Below, one piece after another: positions 35,128 to 43,105 of a stretch of DNA of 43,105 nucleotides. Source of the stretch: a virus; IMG/VR virus record IMGVR_UViG_3300045125_000155; one strand, given 5' to 3'. A model generated the notes under the pieces. The model saw only the letters and a program-made list of their open reading frames with translations, made no database searches and was not told where the DNA came from. The position numbers were made by a program, and so were the translations under genes. How positions within the stretch are numbered: position 1 is the first letter of the stretch; each line of letters starts with the position of its first letter.

Positions 35128-36598
35128 ATACTTCGATTTTCGACAAAAGAATACTCTCGCAATACCTAAACACTTTGATCATTCAGGCTGCGTAAGAGCT
35201 TCTTCTATCAAAGCAATAGCCTTACGCAGTTTAGAAGGCGTATCAAGCCATGCACCACGCACGCACCCCTCCATGACGGAATTGCCGCTCCACGGCGGGT
35301 CTTGCGTCATCGTTTCGTGCGTGAGAATCGCACTCTCGATGGCTTGCCGTGCTTGTTCAAGAGCCTTGCGTAGATTACGATTTTCGTCGTTCAAAGCCCA
35401 CATCTTGCGAATTGTTTTGGCATCACTGGGCATTTTTGCATTCCTTGAATCGCAACAAGGCTCCGCTTTTGTCGGTAATATTTGCAGATTCTTTTACTTT
35501 ATCGAGTGCCTCGTTTTCAGCCTGACCCATCGTCAATTAACCGCAATCCGCCAACTTCATTTTCAAAAATTTCTCCAGGCCTGCAGTTCGTTGCCCAACG
35601 TGCAAAGATCATTTTCTGCCTGCAACGCACGCCTTTTGCCATTCATCTCTTTCCCACTGCAACCAGCAAATATCACATTTCCTTTTTATACTTCCATGTT
35701 GGCAAACTTCACCATGTAAGTAGGGCATACGTCCTTCAAGTTCGCTCATAAAATCTCCATATATCACTGGCCATCTTTTTGTGCTTTTCTAACTTTTTCA
35801 AGTTCATCTAAACACAAGCCCCACTCTTTTGCATCAAACGCTCGTTCAATCGCATTTTCTAGACAAACAATTCTTTCTGCATATTTTTTCTGAACAAAGA
35901 TAGACAAGCCTTTCATGACTTGCCGCCAATTTTCATCACTTTGATTGCGTAATTTTTGCTCATCACTTATTTGTCGTTGAAGTTGAGAAATATAGTCTAT
36001 TACTTCATCTGCCAACCATCCATACTCGCTACCAATGCATTTAAGATGATGTAGAACGCGCTCTTTGCTAATTTCCTCGTCTTGTTCGACAGGTTCTGAG
36101 AAATCGCTCATTACCTGACTCCTTCATAGCCTGCATGTGTAAGGGCCGTGCGACAAATTTGATTGTTGCTGACTCTCTCAAAAATATTATCTCGCGCAAC
36201 ACCGAACATTCGTCTATGACACACTTCAGCAGCAAAGGCCTCAAGTGCTTCACGCAATTCGTCAATTTCCTGACGAGCCTCAGTGACTTCATTTTGACAA
36301 TCACGCAAAGCGTCTTGCAAATTCTTGATGTTAGCAACTTGTTCAGCAAGGCGATTTAGTTCACTAGCGCATTCTGCTGCGTACATCATTTCGCCATTTT
36401 TATTTTCGACCCACGTAAAACCGCCTTGACCAATTTTAACCTGATACATTTTTGCTCCTAATTGACTTGCTTCTGCATATTATAGCCTAGTAAGCGTCAA
36501 AAAAGCACTTCTTGCAAAATTTTTACTCGGGTCCAGCCGCCTTGATTTTAGAAGTTTGTGGCATTATTGAAAACAAAAATTTGTGTTTACCGGAGTTA

Positions 36599-38353
36599 TC
36601 ACCAAAAGTGATGTATCTTTTTTCTTGTGCCAACAATTTTACCTGCACTATCAAAAATTTTGAAGTTCAAAGTGCCAGGCTTGGTCGTTAAAAAACCTCT
36701 ATAGTTTTGGTACCAATTTTGCAAACCTGGTGATACGAAAATGCCATTAACAATATTTATATTCATAACTAAATTAGGAAAAGAGCTATGACTGATTTCT
36801 GCAAAGCCTGTGCCTTGCGGCAAATTGATAACTCCACCAAATATTTTGTTGTTATCCCAAGTTTGCATGCTAATTCCTAGCAACTCATAAACATTAGTAG
36901 AAATCAATTGTTGGTAACGATCATATGATATGTCGAATTCTGGAACAATCGAAAAATGAGGATTACTGTATTGCATAGATAATCTATACAAACCAGCCTG
37001 ATTGGGGTGTTGAATAAGGATAGGATTATTAAAGCCAGTTCTAGGCGGTGCATCTCCAAAATAAAACAAAAGATCATCAGCTGCAAAACCTTTTGCACAG
37101 TTGATACCACAAGCTTGTTGCTCATCCCATCCGATGAGATCTTTCATATTAATAATTTGATTTCGAGAGTGAAGTGCTATTGTTCCAGTTGCGAATTACA
37201 GACAAATTACCTATACTATAATCCAGCCTATGAAATAGATAGCCTTGATTGGGTACGTAATAATACCATTCGTTCTTATTTGGGAATGTTTCTACAAAAT
37301 GAATGCGATGATATGCAAATGGAAATCCTGTTTTTTGCGTAGTCGTATATGTTTTTTACCGTAAGAAGTTCTACATTGAAGAATATATTGATTGTTTAAC
37401 CAAGTTAGAATATCCTTATCGTCTGTGAGGCTATCGATGATTTGAATGATTGATTGTCTACTAAGAGTGAAATTTGGATTGTGACGTATTGTTGAATAAT
37501 ATACAGAATTGAAATTAGCATAGAAATTTGGGATACGTACATTTAATTGTTGTATTGCTGCAGCTGCTTGCTCGTACCTTTCGTAAAATTTGCGAGTACC
37601 ACCTCTTCAGACCAAAAATCTTCAGTGATCATGGAATTATCATTTTTGTAATCATAATCCCATGCTGTATCTGGTGTCCACAAAACGTTGCGATTAACAT
37701 ATTCATCAAAGCCATAAATTTCAATATACTTATTCATAGCTTCATAAGATACACCTTGAGCAAAACCCTCTTCAAACCCTGACAATGTAGGTGAGTATTA
37801 CGAAGAATTATTAGCTTTTGTTAGATGCCATGTGCCACGAAATGCGTGCAGTAATTCGTGAGTGATAAGTTGAGGCGACCAATAAACGCCACCAGTTCTA
37901 ATTGAACGTTCAGATGGCAAAAACATTGCACTGCTAATAAATCTTCTATCTTTAATTATTGTTAAGTCATACCTTTCGAAAGGCATTCCATATAATTCAA
38001 CTAGAATTGGCATCATTTTACAGATGAAGCCAAAATAAGCATCACGCTCTGCTTGTGTCCATCCTCCATCATTGATCGTTTGACCGTTTTCATTTATTGT
38101 CACATCTGAAAAAGAATATTAAGTGGCAAACTATCGTTTGTGCATAAATTACGATTTTGATACAGATTTTTATCTGTAATTTCAATAACGAGAGAATCTT
38201 CACTTTTTTCAGAATCGATCGGATATACTAATGCTTTTTTACTAAAGTTGATATCATGATTTTTTGTATGTGGATTCTCTTTTGTATATAACAAAACGTA
38301 CTAATAGACAAAGAAATTATACAAAATTGTGATAGTTTCAAAGGCCCCTCCAT
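36599..38353 (-). CDS. Large secreted HEXXH zinc-metallopeptidase-like protein (multiple frameshifts; possibly one gene)
   Basis: LITHELLHAFRG followed by GFEEGFAQ (gluzincin-like third ligand); hydrophobic N-terminus. Confidence 0.6.
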
Positions 38354-38390
38354 GTAAATACCCCCGGACTTTACTATTATATTTAAAAAT

Positions 38391-38418
38391 AAAAAAGCAA
38401 CAACCTTTAGGCTGTTGC
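38391..38418 (-). terminator. Intrinsic terminator
   Basis: GCAACAGCC-TAAA-GGTTGTTGC followed by TTTTTT. Confidence 0.8.
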
Positions 38419-38978
38419 AAATGACTGCTATTAAAGGATTTATATTTTTAGAAACCCACTTTGAAATTAGTTTCTTTGTAAAACTGTAAGAGTTGTTTGT
38501 GTAAAGCGTTAATTGCTTCTTCTTCTTGCTCTTGCAGCGCCGCAGTAATCGGATATGAAATACTCGTTTCTGCCAGCTTCAATACCTAGAAGCTAAAACA
38601 GCGTTCAAGAAGTTTTTGCACTTCATCGGTTGTGTAGATAGATTTTTGTAACTGTTGCCTTAATTCTGCACCAAATTTACCTTCACCATGCAAAAACACA
38701 ATCGAGATCTTGAATTGAATGGCTAACTGCTCTACCAATAATGCCAACTTTTAGTTACTTTCGCTAATCTAAATGAGTCTTTATTGTAAGCATCATTGAG
38801 AAGCTGATAGACCGACTCGCCAATTTTTTCCAAATCAGCAATTCTTTTTTCTTTTTGTGTCAGAAAGCTTCTGTAAGATCAACAGAAAGCTTCTCAAGAG
38901 TATCTAGCCTGCGATCTCTGCAGCTATCATCGTGGAAGCCATTGCAATCACAATATTCAGGTTGCTCTTCAACGGACA

Positions 38979-39353
38979 TTATTTAGTCCTTTCTTCATGA
39001 CACTTTTTGCAATAGTTTTTGATCCAAAATGACCTGCCTGAGTCTTGAGTGACTTCTTCGGTAGATCCACAGTTTTCACAAGTCTTAGCAGCCTGCGTTT
39101 CGCAATCACTAAGATATGCATAAATTTTATCAAGTTCATCATCAGAAATTTGAGTGGGACTAATATAGATACGCAAGGTAGCAAATTTCTCTTTTACCTG
39201 TGAAATACTAATTTGATGACCTGCATCTCGGGCTTGCTGCAAGCGGACACAGAAATTGTAAACTATTGGATACCATCCTTTGCCAATCCATAGATCACAA
39301 TGATGATCAAACATGTAAGGGAATTTCTCGCAAAAAATTATAGAATTCATCAC
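38979..39353 (-). CDS. Conserved phage protein with C-terminal zinc ribbon
   Basis: GKGWYPIV...QVKEKFATLRIY...TCENCG...YCKKCH. Confidence 0.75.
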   Translation of the reverse strand: MMNSIIFCEKFPYMFDHHCDLWIGKGWYPIVYNFCVRLQQARDAGHQISISQVKEKFATLRIYISPTQISDDELDKIYAYLSDCETQAAKTCENCGSTEEVTQDSGRSFWIKNYCKKCHEERTK

Positions 39354-39782
39354 ACTCTAAATGAACGTAGTTTTCTGCTTTCTTATGAAAACAAAAAAGT
39401 TTTTTATTAATCGCCAGAATTTATAAATTTTACTAGATAGTTTGTCAAAAATGCATCTTAAGGCATCAATGGCTGAATTAAAGTTTTTGTATTCCATTTT
39501 TATTTTTCCTTCTAATCAATTGCTCAGCTTTCTTCATATGGGTATCCTTTTCACAAGCATACCACAAAAATATTATAGCATCTCCATTCTCACTTGTAGC
39601 AGTCAAAAACATGCTTTCTGGCAAAATTTTATAGTAAGGAGAGTTTGATTCTGCAAATCTCAATCAATTTGTTTACTGGTATATTCTCACTCATGCAGCT
39701 TATCTTGACTTTTTCCCAAAAATGATTTGATGTGTCTTTAGGATCCGTGAATGATGGAATTTTTATTTTTTTGTCATATAAA

Positions 39783-40049
39783 TCAATTAGTAAAAACCAA
39801 ATAATCAGTTTTGTGTATATCTAAAACATCCATTTTTGCAAAAGGCAAAACGAGAAAGGGCTGTCTAAGTTCGAATTCTTGCATATTATACCTATCATTC
39901 ATCACATGATGTATAAATCCATACCAAGAAACAAGTATGTCTCCATTAAATGGTAAATAATCATCGATAGTAGCTGAGTAAATCGCCTGTTCACCTTTAT
40001 ACGCTACGGCTACAACATAATATAGCGCAACTTCTGTTTTAAATGTCAA
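39783..40049 (-). CDS. Hypothetical protein
   Basis: 88-aa ORF. Confidence 0.45.
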   Translation of the reverse strand: MTFKTEVALYYVVAVAYKGEQAIYSATIDDYLPFNGDILVSWYGFIHHVMNDRYNMQEFELRQPFLVLPFAKMDVLDIHKTDYLVFTN

Positions 40050-40352
40050 GAAAGCATTCTTGTAGTCACTATGAAAATTAAAATTATGTATTCTATGTTC
40101 CAGCCATTTGACAAAGGAAAAGAATCAACGATCAATTTGATGATAAAATATTTCGGCTGACCTTCTCTATCAACATAGCTTGTGTTTCATCATAGTTTCT
40201 TGCAATTTGTTTCGTGGTTTTGGCAAAAATAGCGGCAATCTCCTAAAAGAGCTAAGCTTAAAACAAAAATAGCAATCAAGACTTCTATGAGAGTGAATCC
40301 TTTTTTTCATTTATAGTGCTCAAACGATTTTGATTTTTTTCTTTTCTAAATT

Positions 40353-40565
40353 CTATTTCTTTTTCACAACTTTGTACAAATAGTTTCTTTTGTGCAAATA
40401 GATTTCTACTTCTTTTGTTTGGCCCATTATTGCTAGCATAGCGTCTTGTGTCAAATGTTTTACATCCAATTTGTCTAATAATAAATCAATAAACTTATAA
40501 TTTTGCACAATACTAAATTGGTATATCATGGCTGTCATCTTCTGTATTTCGTTTTTATCAACCAT
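40353..40565 (-). CDS. Hypothetical protein
   Basis: 70-aa ORF with GGAG RBS. Confidence 0.55.
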   Translation of the reverse strand: MVDKNEIQKMTAMIYQFSIVQNYKFIDLLLDKLDVKHLTQDAMLAIMGQTKEVEIYLHKRNYLYKVVKKK

Positions 40566-40576
40566 AATACTCCGAT

Positions 40577-40699
40577 TGCACGATGAAGGATTTGCACCTT
40601 CAACCTCCTACTAACCTTAAGCTACGGTAGTTTCAGTTTTCACCGAAATGCGAAGGTATAGCTCAATTTAATAAGACTCTACTGTTGAGTTAATCGTGC
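40577..40699 (-). ncRNA. 123-nt tRNA-like RNA with the anticodon loop replaced by a long hairpin
   Basis: GCACGAT/ATCGTGC acceptor, ACTC-AACAGTA-GAGT D arm, GAAGG-TGCAAAT-CCTTC T arm; anticodon stem continues as TTGAGCTA/TAGCTTAA and TTTCGGT-GAAA-ACTGAAA. Confidence 0.75.
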
Positions 40700-40839
40700 T
40701 AAAATATTGAAGATTATAACTATCGCAAAAACTATACTTATCCTAAATATATTTCTAGCAAATTCCTTCGCAATAAAATAGTAGTTTTTCATGAAATCTC
40801 TTAAGAAGGTTTAAGTTAGATATCGACGAAATATACAAT

Positions 40840-41730
40840 ATGATCACAATAAAATCACATTCATACAATCGTATCGTCATTTCTGCAAAAAATGATAGTT
40901 ATCAATTACCTAAGCTACCATATAGTTATGCAGCACTCGAACCTATAATCGATGCTGAAACGATGCAAATACATCATAAGAAACACCAAAAGACTTATCT
41001 TGATAATCTTCTTAAAGATATACAAGACACTGATTTGATTGATATTGATCCATATGAATTGGCATCTGATCTTTCAAAAGTGCCTGAAGATAAACTTGAA
41101 TCTGTTAAGAATAATCTTGGCGGATTTATCAATCACAATATGTTTTGGCGAATGATGCAAGCCAGTCAAAAATAATAAACCTACCAAAATACATAAACGA
41201 TTTGCTCAAGGAAAAATTTTCGTAGTTTTGATAAATTCAAGAAAGAGTTTATTGAGTAGCACAAAAATAACTTTGGCTCGGGTTGGGTATGGCTTTGTGC
41301 AGATGAAGATGAATTAAAATTGTGTGCAACAAAAAATCAAGACAACCCACTCATGGGCGAAGAGTACGCAAAAGCCAGCGGAACTCCTATTTTAGGTTAG
41401 ACGTTTGGGAGCATGCATATTATTTAAGTTATCAAAATAAGCGTGCAGATTATGCAAAAGCATGGTTTGATGTGATAAATTGGGATGAAGTCGAACGTAT
41501 CTACAAAACGAGCAATCTAGAGTCGGAAATCGAGGATGATACGCAGAATCTTAAGGGGGGCAAGGGCGATGCTGCAAGTGCAGAGGATTTCGATAGTGAT
41601 GAATTGGCAAAGGGAATAGCAAACAGAAATGGAACATACAGATGATGAGGAGATTGCCAGAGAAATTGCTATGGATCATTTGACTGAAGATCCTAAATAT
41701 TATACAAAACTTATTAGAGCAGGTTTATGA
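40840..41730 (+). CDS. sod: Fe/Mn superoxide dismutase fused to a C-terminal DUF5661-like domain (frameshifted)
   Basis: [52 protein letters not shown]; continues in frame to LKGGKGD...ELAKGI, then [28 protein letters not shown]. Confidence 0.88.
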
Positions 41731-42381
41731 ATCATCTAAATATTTCTTATAAAAAAATAGGCTGGTATCAAAGAGTTAAAATAGCTTCATTAGAGCCTTG
41801 GCAAATGACAGAAAAAGAATTCTTAGACTATCATCACACTGGCCATATACATAGTGATGCTTATGAAAATTATCAAACATCAAAAGGCCTAAACTTTATA
41901 AGCAAAGATAGATACCCAATTTTTAGCCAAGAAAAATAAACAATCAAGATATTGAATTGAGAGCACAAGAAGAAAAATTACGATACGCTAAAAAAGATGC
42001 TGATGGAGAATATATCAGAGATGAAAAGGGTATGGTAATATTCACTACAGAACAGGAAAACATAGAAAATAATCTTCCTACTGTCTTGTATTCAATAGCC
42101 GCTTTTGCGAATGATGATCCTATAGGATTTGTAAGTGATGAATGGAAGGCGTAACAGGCGTTTATGTAGTAAATAAATATCAAAAACTTGGTGTTGGTTC
42201 AATCCTATTGCGCGCGGAATTTATCAGATTAAATCCACATCGCAAAACAAAAAGGCTTGGTCAGATGACGACAGCTGGGAAGCGTAAATTTGGCGAGAAA
42301 ATATTACCGCCAGCACTACAAGATGCTAGCTGCGCAAGGACAAGCCCGTTCCGCAACATGTTCACAAAGCTAAATGGATAA
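41727..42381 (+). CDS. PWQMT-motif protein with a GNAT-like domain (frameshifted)
   Basis: WYQRVKIASLEPWQMTEKEF; VYVVNKYQKLGVGSILL acetyl-CoA-binding-like motif; KPVPQHV near the end. Confidence 0.6.
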
Positions 42382-42422
42382 GCCATTATCCTATAATGCT
42401 TACAGACATATTGAATAATGCA

Positions 42423-43105
42423 TCAAACGCTAAACAATTCTTTTTGTTTGCATTCTCTCACTATATTGCTAAAAGAATGCCGCTTCACTGATACCGAATT
42501 GTGATTGAACAGCCCCTCACCCTCCAATAACGTCCATATTTGCTGATTGGCAAGCATCCATCAACAATCAAATCCAAATACCTTCCATATCCGTGCCAAT
42601 TGTCACAAACGTAATCTCTCGCCCATTTACCGTATGATGACGACCAACACCAATCAAACCTTTAAATCTAACTTTGTTGCCATCACGCTTGTCATACATT
42701 CCAGGCATAAACCTGTTGCTAATCCAATAGCCACGCTTCTCAATTGATACCATCCATCGCCTTGCACGCTATCGACGTGCGTTGGCGTTAGCGCATCGCC
42801 TATCCATCTTCCAAGGTCCACGGCCAAAAGCTGCAAATCTTAAACCTGCAACTTTCGCCTCTTGAATATGAACCCAAGCACGATACATGCTGCTACGATT
42901 TGAGGCTGTTACCAATAAAATCTTTTTGGTTGCCGTAAAGCGCTCCTCGTAACCACAACGCCCTAAACCAAGTAGCCATAACTCGTGGCATGTGCATGGC
43001 AGAAAACTATACAAAGCAAATGCCCAAGTTCTCTAAGGATGAAGCGGCGCACGAAAAACGCGAAAGCGTTTCACGATAAATGCGAAAACGGTTAAACACC
43101 TAAAT
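42423..43105 (-). CDS. C-terminal part of a DNA polymerase III alpha-like (DnaE) protein (5' outside the window, frameshifted)
   Basis: FCHAHATSYGYL matches the DnaE F.K.HA..Y motif; MYRAWVHIQEAKVAGL; OB-fold-like ITFVTI tail. Confidence 0.65.

Larger units (their letters stand above)
24503..36449 (-). other. Dense array of roughly 35-40 small minus-strand hypothetical ORFs (early/accessory region), visibly more GC-rich than the flanks
   Basis: Back-to-back ORFs with ATGA/TAATG overlaps and GGAG-type RBSs; several internal paralogue families. Confidence 0.8.

Noticed and set aside
24503-36449. CRISPR array or attC-type integron cassettes
   Set aside because: The repeats are pairwise, non-palindromic and separated by whole genes; no regular repeat-spacer period or attC inverted cores were seen

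Overview
Fragment of a large (jumbo-type) dsDNA bacteriophage genome, almost entirely encoded on the minus strand. Many genes are broken by single-base indels, most likely long-read errors. Several host-like genes resemble proteins I recognise from Planctomycetota, probably Phycisphaerales: a C-type-lectin-like protein with QWKVSEGGNGH and EWDADCNRDG motifs, a porin, a BFD-like ferredoxin, a secretin-N-like domain and Prs. The host assignment is inference. The window holds gyrA, gyrB with an HNH intein, two free-standing HNH genes, an aminoacyl-tRNA-protein-transferase-like gene, trypsin-like and HEXXH proteases, tilS, dCMP deaminase, prs, an ECF sigma factor, PAP2 phosphatase, CsrA-like, GSII glutamine synthetase, a SOD fusion, the 3' part of a DnaE-like polymerase, tRNA-Arg(TCT), tRNA-Glu(TTC) and a 12-kb array of small early-type ORFs. 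Four observations stand out. (1) Two HNH genes sit inside essential genes without any splicing element and appear to bring a replacement part: an orphan gyrB N-terminus lies upstream of HNH+new gyrB start, and tRNA-Arg halves are split at the anticodon around an intact divergent tRNA-Arg+HNH whose RBS is locked in a hairpin. (2) Three tRNA-like RNAs keep the acceptor stem and T arm but replace the anticodon region with larger structures, and there is a ~215-nt multi-stem ncRNA candidate. (3) An AAGTG-N14-TAnnnT promoter motif recurs. (4) Direct repeats at gene junctions flank gene units in the small-ORF array.
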